Source of the DNA: Candidatus Nanoarchaeia archaeon
GTDB taxonomy: Bacteria; Patescibacteriota; Microgenomatia; Woykebacterales; RBG-16-39-9b
DNA length: 64,000 bases
Direction: 5' to 3'
NCBI GenBank assembly: GCA_036514715.1
Contig: DATBWR010000004.1
Span: 9,147-73,146, forward strand
The number at the start of each line of letters is the position of its first letter. The first letter of the stretch is position 1. The notes below the pieces were generated by a model that was given only the letters and a program-made list of their open reading frames with translations, did not search any database and was not told the origin of the DNA. The translations under genes and the position numbers were made by a program. Shown here piece by piece: positions 34,442-42,938 of the stretch.

Positions 34442-34849
34442 TCACTTATTGTTTTCAAGTAGATCTATAACAAAAATCTCTCCAAACTCACCATCTTTAA
34501 CTTTGGTAGGAGTTTTTCTACCAACATATTCCTCTTTATTTATCTCATTAGATATCAAAAATGATCTAACTGTAACAGAACCTGTTGTTCTTTTATTTCC
34601 GTGAATTATTGTGAAGGCGCCTTCAGCATCCTTATCGTTTGTGAACTGGAAACCCACAGCTTTCCTACTTTTATCGTAGAAAAGTACGACCTTATTATAT
34701 CTACTTATACCTTCTCGATTGTAGAACCCGCTGCTGAACCCGAATGAGTGTGAGCCAGTAAGGCTAATCGAATAATTGCCTAATTTAGACCCGATTTTCG
34801 TGAAACGTTTGAATTTATAGTCAGACATAGTGTTGTAGTCACTGTACAT
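34442..34849 (-). CDS. hypothetical protein
   Basis: 135-aa ORF with no recognisable motif; part of the low-GC island. Confidence 0.4.
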   Translation of the reverse strand: MYSDYNTMSDYKFKRFTKIGSKLGNYSISLTGSHSFGFSSGFYNREGISRYNKVVLFYDKSRKAVGFQFTNDKDAEGAFTIIHGNKRTTGSVTVRSFLISNEINKEEYVGRKTPTKVKDGEFGEIFVIDLLENNK

Positions 34850-34973
34850 GATCTATTATAAGTTGTCAAGTGTTTAATACAGTAGTTTTAAATTTACTGT
34901 CTGCAGTTTAATTATTAAACTCTAGATGAGTTTCTTTTATCGGAGGTTTTAAGCTTGTTTTAAATATTTGGGG

Positions 34974-36449
34974 TTAGAAAAGCTCTAGGGTTTCGGAGGT
35001 TTCTTCAACAGCGTCTGTCTCTTTGTACGGTTCTTTATGCGGAGGCATGTCTACTTCTTTGCCGCTCAGTAAGTCTTCAACTGTCAATATTTGGGTTCTT
35101 GGATAATCCTTATTCCAAGTTTCGGAGTGATAAAACCCAGCAACTGTGGCCTCCTTTTTCATAGGGTTTGTAGGCTCTTCAAGAGTTATAAAAACACCAA
35201 TAGCGGCTTTTTCCCTTTCGATCACACCATTTAAATCTCTAATTTGTGAAACATCAGTGTGCCCACTTTTCACTTGGAGCAAAACTTTCTTTGCATCTTC
35301 TTTGCCATCCAGAAACGGAATTACCCCATCAATACCCTTGTCGGAGCCTTTTCTTTTATCTTGAACTGGCCGCCCGCCCGCTAGATCAACAGCCCACCAT
35401 TCGAACTGGAACCGATCGTGTTTTGCTAAATCGACAGCACCACTAAGATCCTTAGGTTCACCAATAACTTCTATCTTCAACCCAGGAAATGAGTCCTTTA
35501 GTCTCTTTCTCATTAAACCAACCGCCAAATGTGTTATATCTATTCCGACCCACTTCCTTTTTAATTTCTGAGCTGCAACTAAAGCGGTTCCGCAACCACA
35601 AAAAGGATCTAAAACGACGTCACCCTCGTTTGACGATGCTTTGATTATTATCTCCAGTAAAGCTACAGGTTTTTGTGTTGGGTAACCCAACCTCTCTTTT
35701 GAAATTGGGGCTATAATTGACACTTCCCAGACATCTGACATTGGTGCTCCGGGACTTTCTTCTTCGGTGGAACTACTAACAACCCTTTTGCCTTCTTCAA
35801 ACACAGCACGCTGTTTCTTTGTTCCCCATTGTTCAAGGGTTGACTTAGCTAAGTTTTCGTAAAGAGTATTGAAATCTCTTTCTCTTGCTTGGGATTTAGA
35901 GTAAAAAAGTATTACATCATGCATCCTCTGAAACCTCTGTGCTTTGGTAGGCCATCGTCTGTACCTCCAAATGACTTCGTTTTGAAAGTTTTCTTTGCCG
36001 AAAATTACATCCATTATAGTCTTTAGGTAGTGACTTGCGGTTGGGTCACAGTGTAAATAAAGAGATCCTGTATTTTTCAAAACCCTACGAAGTTCAATCA
36101 ACCTCGGCGTCATCATCACTAGATAAGCGGTTAAATCGTTATGCCCCAAAAACTTTATTAAACTATCTATCATGTCTGCTATGTTCTGGGTTGGGGCGTT
36201 GGTCATTATGTCATGATAGGTTCTTTCAGCCTCTGGACCCCACTTCCACGTATCAGTAAAGGCTTCTATTTGTGCTTCCGACTCTTTATTTTCCTCTTCT
36301 TTAAAGATAACGTTATAATCGCGTTTACTGTTAAATGGCGGATCTAAATAGATTAGATCAACACTCTCGTCAGGGAAATGCTCTCTGAGGATTTTTAAGT
36401 TGTCGCCGTAATAGAGCGCGTTGGTTTTCAATTCCATAAGTTTAACCAT
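34974..36449 (-). CDS. beta-class DNA (N6-adenine/N4-cytosine) methyltransferase fused to a C-terminal Mrr-like PD-(D/E)xK nuclease domain
   Basis: Motif IV VDLIYLDPPFNSKRDYN precedes motif I VVLDPFCGCGTALVAAQ. C-terminus KGSDKGIDGVI...VLLQVKSG...AIGVFITLEE matches the Mrr catalytic domain. The likely start is MVKLMELKTNALYYGDNLKIL at 36449; the ORF-track start at 36515 uses an ATG inside the palindrome. Confidence 0.75.
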   Translation of the reverse strand: MVKLMELKTNALYYGDNLKILREHFPDESVDLIYLDPPFNSKRDYNVIFKEEENKESEAQIEAFTDTWKWGPEAERTYHDIMTNAPTQNIADMIDSLIKFLGHNDLTAYLVMMTPRLIELRRVLKNTGSLYLHCDPTASHYLKTIMDVIFGKENFQNEVIWRYRRWPTKAQRFQRMHDVILFYSKSQARERDFNTLYENLAKSTLEQWGTKKQRAVFEEGKRVVSSSTEEESPGAPMSDVWEVSIIAPISKERLGYPTQKPVALLEIIIKASSNEGDVVLDPFCGCGTALVAAQKLKRKWVGIDITHLAVGLMRKRLKDSFPGLKIEVIGEPKDLSGAVDLAKHDRFQFEWWAVDLAGGRPVQDKRKGSDKGIDGVIPFLDGKEDAKKVLLQVKSGHTDVSQIRDLNGVIEREKAAIGVFITLEEPTNPMKKEATVAGFYHSETWNKDYPRTQILTVEDLLSGKEVDMPPHKEPYKETDAVEETSETLELF

Positions 36450-36494
36450 TTTACCATTTCTAGGCTTAGAAATCGAATTTTCTTGGCAGCTAGG

Positions 36495-36520
36495 GATATA
36501 TGAATAGTTATTCATATATC
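36495..36520. promoter_or_regulatory. palindrome copy 3 (26 bp) between the divergent methyltransferase and uppS genes
   Basis: GATATATGAATA-GT-TATTCATATATC. TATAAT at 36528-36533 follows, then ATG at 36541. Confidence 0.7.
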
Positions 36521-36540
36521 GTTGCGGTATAATGGCCTTT

Positions 36541-37221
36541 ATGGAAAATATAGTGCCGGATCATGTGGCGATAATTATGGACGGGAACCGCCGCTGGGCA
36601 AAACAGCGAGGCCTTCCCGCCCTTGCAGGCCATGCGGCAGGGGTTGAAGCTTTGGAAAAAGTAGTTACCTTGGCTGCCAAAAAGAAAATTAAATTTTTGA
36701 CAGTTTACGCACTATCTGCCGAAAACTTGCAGGAACGCGGACAAAGTGAACTTGCGGGCCTCTTTTCTTTAATTCAAAAAGGTTTGGTTACCAAACTTGA
36801 CCGGCTGGTGAAAGAGGGTGTAAAACTAGTTTTTCTTGGTAACATCAAAGCTCTACCGACGTTAGTTCAGAAGGCGCTTGGTCTGGCCTTGGAAAGGTCA
36901 AAAGGCGGTAAAGGTTTACAACTGGCTGTTGCTCTAAACTACAGTTCTCGAGCTGAAATTGTGGAAGCAGCGCAAAAAGCCTCCTCTATAAAAGATTTGG
37001 ACGAGACCAAATTTTCCAATCTTCTTTACACTTCTCCCACAGCTGATCCGGATTTAATTATCCGCACCGGTGGGCAAAAGCGGCTTTCTAACTTTTTGTT
37101 GTGGCAGGCTTCTTACAGTGAGTTATATTTCACTGACTTGTTATGGCCGGATTTTGGAGAAAAAGATTTTGAGAGAGCACTGGAGGATTTTGCGCTGCGC
37201 AAGCGAAATTTTGGAGCTTAA
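36541..37221 (+). CDS. uppS: undecaprenyl-diphosphate synthase (start probably ATG at 36541)
   Basis: HVAIIMDGNRRWAKQRGLP, typical UppS N-terminus. Confidence 0.9.
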   Translation: MENIVPDHVAIIMDGNRRWAKQRGLPALAGHAAGVEALEKVVTLAAKKKIKFLTVYALSAENLQERGQSELAGLFSLIQKGLVTKLDRLVKEGVKLVFLGNIKALPTLVQKALGLALERSKGGKGLQLAVALNYSSRAEIVEAAQKASSIKDLDETKFSNLLYTSPTADPDLIIRTGGQKRLSNFLLWQASYSELYFTDLLWPDFGEKDFERALEDFALRKRNFGA

Positions 37222-37940
37222 GTACCGGGGATGGCGCGGTTAGCAAAGAGAAAAATACCGATCGCCACAATTATCGCTACCACTAAAATCACAAAAATCG
37301 TTACCGGAAAACCACCTTGGTGCTCCTCACTTTGAGTTTCCTCACTTGGGGTAACTGCGGGAGTTGGTGTACCTGGGGCAGTTGGGGTAGAACTTTCTGC
37401 CGGTACTTGCCAAGGTAGTGGAGCACTGGCTAAGGAAGGGTCTGGAGCTGCAGGTACACTTGGAGGGGGCGGAGTATTGTCTTCTGGGCGCAGCCAACTA
37501 GGACCAACTTCACCGGTGTTTTCTGGCGGCGCTGGCGGTTCGATACTTGGAGTTGAGGTCCCTACTACTCCACTGGCAACTGGTGCAGTTGGTGTGGGTT
37601 CTGGGGCTGAAGGTTCAGGTACCGCTGGTTGGTCATTCATAGCCCATGGCGGTTTCTCCATTTCTGTTGGCGCTGGCATAGCGGCAGCTGGCGGTTCCGA
37701 TACTGTTGGGTTGCTTGGTGTTGGCGGTAGAGGATTTGGCATTGGGTCAGGAACTGCCGGAGTTGGTGTTGGACTTGGGTCAGCTAGCGGCGTTGTTGGT
37801 ACCGGATCCGGACTTGGTGGTAGCGGTGGGGGGTCGGGTATTGGGTTTGGTTCTGGCGTTGGCAGATTAGGATCAGGACCTAACGGTGAGGGTGGTGTTG
37901 GACCAGAAGGTGGGGTAGGCGAGTTTGGTTCTTCGGGCAT
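37218..37940 (-). CDS. Pro/Thr/Ser-rich low-complexity protein with C-terminal TM anchor
   Basis: PTPPSGPTPPSPLGPDPNLPTPEPNP repeats, ending VTIFVILVVAIIVAIGIFLF. The Gly-rich plus-strand ORF at 37477-37944 is its mirror image. Confidence 0.5.
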   Translation of the reverse strand: MPEEPNSPTPPSGPTPPSPLGPDPNLPTPEPNPIPDPPPLPPSPDPVPTTPLADPSPTPTPAVPDPMPNPLPPTPSNPTVSEPPAAAMPAPTEMEKPPWAMNDQPAVPEPSAPEPTPTAPVASGVVGTSTPSIEPPAPPENTGEVGPSWLRPEDNTPPPPSVPAAPDPSLASAPLPWQVPAESSTPTAPGTPTPAVTPSEETQSEEHQGGFPVTIFVILVVAIIVAIGIFLFANRAIPGT

Positions 37941-38094
37941 TTAAAAAATTAAACTGCAGATTTTATTAGAGAGCAGTTCTCCTTAAGAAAGGTTATCTTA
38001 TCATACAATAAGTTGTCAAGGATTTATCTTGAGGTTTGCCGCACACCTATTTTTGTGCTAAAATACCATAGTTTCTGGCCTCGTGCATCTTGTG

Positions 38095-38150
38095 GCCAGC
38101 GATATCGGGTTTTCATCCCAGGAGACCTGCGGGTTTGAGCTGCGGAGCAA
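38095..38150 (+). pseudogene. partial tRNA-Glu-like duplicate (anticodon arm identical, acceptor and T arm degenerate)
   Basis: GATATCGGGTTTTCATCCCAGGAGA differs from the downstream tRNA at one position (CCCA vs CCCG). The following GGGTTTGAGCTGCGG cannot form a T-stem. Confidence 0.4.
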
Positions 38151-38160
38151 CTAAAAATTT

Positions 38161-38237
38161 GGCGCGTTCGTCTAGAGGCCTAGGATATCGGGTTTTCATC
38201 CCGGAGATCAGGGGTTCGAATCCCCTACGCGCTACCA
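38161..38237 (+). tRNA. tRNA-Glu (anticodon UUC), CCA encoded
   Basis: GGCGCGTTCGTCTAGAGGCCTAGGATATCGGGTTTTCATCCCGGAGATCAGGGGTTCGAATCCCCTACGCGCTACCA, with canonical arms and a G1-U72 wobble pair. Confidence 0.9.
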
Positions 38238-38339
38238 AATTTTTACACCCCGCCGAGGTCACCACTTTAGAACCCTGTTGTGACTAACTTATCCGACCAG
38301 CTGTTGGGTAAGTGACTTTTTTTGATACCCATTGATACA

Positions 38340-38368
38340 TTGACACAAAACGCTTTCTATGCTACAAT
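38340..38368 (+). promoter_or_regulatory. consensus-like promoter of greA
   Basis: TTGACA (38340-38345), 17 nt, TACAAT (38363-38368). Confidence 0.6.
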
Positions 38369-38428
38369 CCTCATGTTAATAAACAGGTATCGGGTTTGAG
38401 TATTAGTCTCGTGTCCCGAGCAATGAAG

Positions 38429-38454
38429 TCCCCGACAAGGGGATTTTATGTTTT
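38429..38454 (+). terminator. intrinsic terminator/attenuator inside the greA 5' leader
   Basis: TCCCC-GACAA-GGGGA followed by TTTTATGTTTT, about 35 nt before the greA ATG. Confidence 0.45.
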
Positions 38455-38487
38455 CTGCCCAAAAAGACGAGCCCACTAAAGGAAACG

Positions 38488-38958
38488 ATGAGCAAAAAAG
38501 ACACCAAAGTTCTTTTGACAGCCGAAGGTTTGCAAAAACTGAAGGTCGAGTATGACGAGTTAGTCAACGTCAAAAGAAAAGAAGTAACGGAAAAAATTGC
38601 TAAAGCCCGCGAATTTGGTGACCTCTCCGAAAATTCCGAATACGACACCGCCCGCGAAGAACAAAGCTTCACTGAAGGTCGAATAATGGAACTTGAGGAA
38701 ATCCTTTCTCACGCCAAAGTTATTGAGTCCGCGCCAAAATCCTCCGGAACAGTTGATATCGGTTCGAGAGTCCGGGTCCATGTTGACGGCGAGGAAGATG
38801 AGTTTGTGATCGTTTCTTCAGTCGAGGCTAATCCTATGGAAGGCAAAATCTCGGTTGAGTCCCCGGTCGGTAAAGCGCTGCTTGGTTCTAAGGTCGGGGA
38901 TGTGGTCACTGTTTCCTCCACCATCAAAGCTACGTATAAGATTCTCAACATAAGATAG
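38488..38958 (+). CDS. greA: transcription elongation factor GreA
   Basis: LTAEGLQKLKVEYDELVNVKRKEVTEKIAKAREFGDLSENSEYDTAREEQ. Confidence 0.9.
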   Translation: MSKKDTKVLLTAEGLQKLKVEYDELVNVKRKEVTEKIAKAREFGDLSENSEYDTAREEQSFTEGRIMELEEILSHAKVIESAPKSSGTVDIGSRVRVHVDGEEDEFVIVSSVEANPMEGKISVESPVGKALLGSKVGDVVTVSSTIKATYKILNIR

Positions 38959-39071
38959 GGTAGACAATCTTGCGTTTCCTTTAGGAAACTAAAAGTCCTC
39001 GACATTAAGTAGTTTCTCCTAAACCTAAAAATTTGCTTCCAAACCCTTTTTGAGCTACAATCGCCCGCGTA

Positions 39072-40331
39072 ATGGACGATCTGATCAAATTCTTTGTTTT
39101 TGCTTCCAGGCTGAAATTTTTACCGCGCCGGCGCTGGAAAACTCTTGGTATTCCCAACCCAGAAACAGTCGGTGACCACATCTATCTCACCACCTTTTTA
39201 GCCTGGTTGTTTTCGTTTGGACACGATTTCAACAGCCGTAATTTAATGCTCTCTTCCTTAGCGCACAGCCTAGATTTGGTTTTTCGGCAAGGTCATGATG
39301 TTTATTTGCAAATCCTTAAAGAAAACCCGGCTTCTTTGTATAATGAGGTTCTCCCCACAATTCCTCCCAGCCAACTAATCAAGGGGGAGAAAGAATCATT
39401 AAACAAGTTGCTGAAATACTCTACTGGCTTCCGCAAAGAAATCCGCAAACTCTGGGAAGATTTTAGGTTAGGAAAAAGTAAGGAGGCCAAATTTTTAAAC
39501 ACTGTGGATAAATTGGAAAACCTAATACAAGCCTTAACCTACAAAAAACACTTAAGTAAGAAAACACTTAAAATTTTTTGGGATGAGTGTTACAAATCAA
39601 CTAATGATGCTAGAATTTTGGATTTTCTTAGCTCCCTACAAGAATACGAGGTTGGTAGTGAGAAAGCGGTTAAGAACCGCACCAATCTTAATTTAATAAA
39701 GTTTATTTTTTGCGTTGCTAAGCTCAAGACCATCAAACGCAAAGGCTGGCTACTGCGGGGTGTAAAAAATCCCGATTCAATTTCTTCACATTCAGCCTTA
39801 TCAGCGCTGATGGTCTGGTTTTTGAGTAAACGAAGAAAACTTGACCAGTCAGTGATGTTTATGATGATTCTTTTACACGATCTTTGGGCTTCAGAGATCG
39901 GTGATATTAGCCCGCACGAAGCTTTTATCACTAGAAAAGTGAGTGCCAAAAAAGTTTTCGAATCCTTTCCTTGGATTGGTATGCAACAGGAAAAAGAAAT
40001 TATTATGAGAAAAACTTTGGAGACAAAGGGAGCTGCCTTAGAGAGAATTTTTCGTTATTTACCTTATCAGTTTCATCGCGAACTCAAGTATTTGTGGCTT
40101 GAATTTGAGACCGGTACAAGCCCAGAGGCAAGATTTGCTCGTCAAGTGGATAAAATTGAAACCGTTATTCAGGCAATGGAATATTATCTTGAAGACAAAA
40201 AAATTTCCCCGACCTCGTTTTGGTTGGGTTTGAAAGAGATTATTGACGATCCTCAATTGTCCAAATTTGTTGAAAGCATCGATAACTACTACTTTAAAGA
40301 AAAAGTGCCTGCTAGAGAGCTTGTAAGTTGA
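39072..40331 (+). CDS. tandem HD-domain (YfbR-like 5'-nucleotidase-type) protein
   Basis: Two YfbR-like repeats: RWKTLGIPNPETVGDHIYLTTFLA, and KRKGWLLRGVKNPDSISSHSALSAL...LLHDLWASEIGDISP. Confidence 0.6.
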   Translation: MDDLIKFFVFASRLKFLPRRRWKTLGIPNPETVGDHIYLTTFLAWLFSFGHDFNSRNLMLSSLAHSLDLVFRQGHDVYLQILKENPASLYNEVLPTIPPSQLIKGEKESLNKLLKYSTGFRKEIRKLWEDFRLGKSKEAKFLNTVDKLENLIQALTYKKHLSKKTLKIFWDECYKSTNDARILDFLSSLQEYEVGSEKAVKNRTNLNLIKFIFCVAKLKTIKRKGWLLRGVKNPDSISSHSALSALMVWFLSKRRKLDQSVMFMMILLHDLWASEIGDISPHEAFITRKVSAKKVFESFPWIGMQQEKEIIMRKTLETKGAALERIFRYLPYQFHRELKYLWLEFETGTSPEARFARQVDKIETVIQAMEYYLEDKKISPTSFWLGLKEIIDDPQLSKFVESIDNYYFKEKVPARELVS

Positions 40332-40417
40332 GACAAATTATTGTAAAATTACGAGCCAAACCCAAAAACTAAACGAGGGATCAACGCCTTAAACTCTAAA
40401 GAAAGGAGGGAGCTTTC

Positions 40418-41260
40418 GTGAGGCGTGCACTGCGTATCGGCTGGTTGCTCTTGGTGGCCGTACTCGTTTGGCTCCTTCCTCCTTTGGCTGTAAAAAGCCT
40501 TGGGGTTGAGGATACGCTCAGACGAATAGCGGAGAAGTCGGTTTGGAAACGACTACTGGTCAGTTGGGAGAGAAGGAGTCGACGGCGACTTTACCGTCAA
40601 ATTGACCAGTTCTTCGAAGAGCGTTGCAGGCCTGTTCTTTCCAGGTTGCGCAAGAGCGGGTTTCGGGCTCTTGGGAGTGTGAAACCTCAGACGGTCCTCG
40701 AACACATCGAGGCTGTCAAGACCAGGTTTGAACGGGAGGCGAGAATCGAAGGTTTTTCCGAGGAAGAGATTACCGAAGGTGTTTACCGCATCATCTGCCA
40801 CGAGCTAGATGAGGTGGTAAGCCGACGTGATCGAATGCGTACACCTGGTCTTCCTCGACGGAAGGCTGATCGTGACGCTTTCGTTGACGACTTCTGGTAC
40901 GATCCGACTTGGTTCCCCTCGGTTGCCGGTGGTGTTAGTCAGCAGTGGATCGATTCCTACAATAGGGATAGGCCAGCTGTCTACCGGTTTCTCTTGGAAG
41001 AGAAAGGCAAGAAGTTTGCCTCTAGCGTGAGCCTTTACTACGAGGCCTTCCATGTTGGTATAGACCGGACCTCGGTGCTCTGCCGAGACAACCACTATGC
41101 CGAAACCGTGGAGCAAGGCATCGCCGAAGGTGTTAAGGTGAACTTCTTCTGGCAAGAGGCAGTTGCGGCCATCGCCAGCCCAAGGATCCGTATGCAGGTT
41201 GCTCGGGCGTACAATGAGTACTTCCGACGCCAAGCAGAGGAACCAGCTGCCACTAACTAA
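40418..41260 (+). CDS. hypothetical protein, GC-rich (~55%) relative to neighbours
   Basis: 280 aa, N-terminal signal/TM, Arg-rich; composition differs from flanking genes. Confidence 0.45.
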   Translation: MRRALRIGWLLLVAVLVWLLPPLAVKSLGVEDTLRRIAEKSVWKRLLVSWERRSRRRLYRQIDQFFEERCRPVLSRLRKSGFRALGSVKPQTVLEHIEAVKTRFEREARIEGFSEEEITEGVYRIICHELDEVVSRRDRMRTPGLPRRKADRDAFVDDFWYDPTWFPSVAGGVSQQWIDSYNRDRPAVYRFLLEEKGKKFASSVSLYYEAFHVGIDRTSVLCRDNHYAETVEQGIAEGVKVNFFWQEAVAAIASPRIRMQVARAYNEYFRRQAEEPAATN

Positions 41261-41294
41261 GAAAAAGGAGAAAGAGATGAAGCGTACGTAAACC

Positions 41295-41377
41295 AAGCCT
41301 CCGTGAGACCCTCGCCGGTACGGAGGCTTAACCATTTGTCCAGCCCCTCAATGTAAAACATCGAGGGGCTTTTTCTT
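41295..41377 (+). terminator. two hairpins after the GC-rich gene; the second is a rho-independent terminator
   Basis: First hairpin AAGCCTCCGT...ACGGAGGCTT (41295-41329). Second GCCCCTC...GAGGGGC (41343-41369), followed by TTTTTCTT. Confidence 0.6.
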
Positions 41378-41411
41378 GCGCAAAAATACGCTGATCAGTA
41401 TACTAAGAGCA

Positions 41412-42938
41412 ATGTTTTGGGCGGATATTATTGCCAAAAATCTAAAAGACAAAGGACCACATTTGGTTGACGATGCCAAAACTCCTTCAGGCAAAGTTCA
41501 TGTTGGCGCCTTGCGTGGAGTATTAATCCATGATTTTGTTCATAAAGCCTTGCTTGAGATGGGAGCAAAATCCCGCTATACCTACATTTTTGACGATTTT
41601 GACCCCATGGACTCTCTTCCAGTTTATTTAGATAAAAGTAAATACGAAAAATATATGGGAGCCCCGCTGAAAAACATTCCTGCTCCGGAAGGCGAAGGTT
41701 CATACGCGGAATATTACGCGCACGATTTTCGGACGGTCTTTAATAGTTTAGGAGCCAAACCAGAAATTTTATGGAATTCTAAACTTTACGAAGAAGGTAA
41801 GTTGGATAAGGCGATCAGAGTTGTTTTAGACAACGCTGAGCAGATTCAGGAAATCTACCACCAAGTTTCCGGTTCCCAAAAAGAAAAAGGCTGGCTGCCT
41901 TTTCAGCCGGTTTGTGAGAATTGCGGTAAAATCGGCACAACTAGAGCTTACGACTGGGATGGCCAAGAAGTTAAGTACAAGTGCGAGTCGGAGATGGTTG
42001 AGTGGGCAAGAGGTTGCAGCCACGAGGGTAAAGTTTCACCTTTTGGGGGAAGTGGAAAAATGCCCTGGAAAGTGGAGTGGCCGGCCAAATGGTTTGTTTT
42101 GGGAGTAACTATCGAAGGAGCCGGGAAAGACCATTCTTCCAAGGGTGGTGCGCGTGATGTTGGCGTCAAGATTATCCGCGAAGTTTTCAAAAAAGAACCA
42201 CCTTACGATGTTTCTTACGAATTTATTAACTTAGGCGGTAAAAAAATGAGTTCGTCCAAAGGTTTGGGGTCTTCCGCTCTGGAAGTTGCTGAAATTTTGC
42301 CGCCAGAGGTCCTTCGCTTTCTTTTTGCCCGAGTACCAGCTCAGAGGTCCATTGATTTCGATCCTACACAAGAGACAACCATACCTAACCTCTTTGATGA
42401 GTTTGATCGAGGGCAGAAGGCACATTTTTCTAAAGAAAATCCTGATCTTGCTAAAACTTGGGAAGCATCACAGATTGGAGAAATAAAGCAAGAATTTGTA
42501 CCACGCTTCAATTTAATTAAAGAAGCACTCTCTAACTTCAAAAACGAAGAAGAGATTCTCTCTGAAGCGGGAAAATTAAAAGGAGAGAAACTGTCCAAAG
42601 TTGACGAAGAAGCGATCAAACTACGTATTAAATACGTAAAAATCTGGTTGGAGAGGTTTGGAAAAGAAGAAAAGGCCAGCGAAAAAGCTGTTTTGAGTCC
42701 AGCGCAGAAAAAACTCCTCGAAGAGATCAGTCAAGCTCTTAAAGAAACTCAGAGGGAGGACGAGGTGCAAAACTTCATTTATAATAGAGGAAGGCAGCTC
42801 GGTTTGACTCCGCAAGAAACCTTTCAAGCGGTTTACAAAGCCCTTTTAGGAAAATCCCAGGGTCCAAAGGCTGGGAAGTTAGTCCTCTCACTCGGGTTTA
42901 AGAAAGCAAAAGAGAAATTTTTAGAGGCGGCCAAATGA
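41412..42938 (+). CDS. lysK: class I lysyl-tRNA synthetase (start probably ATG at 41412)
   Basis: MFWADIIAKNL...KVHVGALRG (HIGH-like) and KMSSSKG (KMSKS). The upstream in-frame TTG lies inside the terminator T-run. Confidence 0.85.
   Translation: MFWADIIAKNLKDKGPHLVDDAKTPSGKVHVGALRGVLIHDFVHKALLEMGAKSRYTYIFDDFDPMDSLPVYLDKSKYEKYMGAPLKNIPAPEGEGSYAEYYAHDFRTVFNSLGAKPEILWNSKLYEEGKLDKAIRVVLDNAEQIQEIYHQVSGSQKEKGWLPFQPVCENCGKIGTTRAYDWDGQEVKYKCESEMVEWARGCSHEGKVSPFGGSGKMPWKVEWPAKWFVLGVTIEGAGKDHSSKGGARDVGVKIIREVFKKEPPYDVSYEFINLGGKKMSSSKGLGSSALEVAEILPPEVLRFLFARVPAQRSIDFDPTQETTIPNLFDEFDRGQKAHFSKENPDLAKTWEASQIGEIKQEFVPRFNLIKEALSNFKNEEEILSEAGKLKGEKLSKVDEEAIKLRIKYVKIWLERFGKEEKASEKAVLSPAQKKLLEEISQALKETQREDEVQNFIYNRGRQLGLTPQETFQAVYKALLGKSQGPKAGKLVLSLGFKKAKEKFLEAAK

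Noticed and set aside
36450-36515. N-terminal extension MNNYSYIPSCQENSISKPRNGK of the methyltransferase ORF
   Set aside because: The extension starts at an ATG created by the regulatory palindrome. The conserved methyltransferase N-terminus begins at MVKLMELKTNALYYGDNL (36449).
37477-37944. Gly-rich 155-aa plus-strand ORF
   Set aside because: It is the mirror-image reading of the Pro-rich minus-strand gene at 37218..37940. The low-complexity antisense frame is open by composition only.
38090-38287. 65-aa ORF
   Set aside because: It overlaps the tRNA-Glu gene and its partial duplicate.
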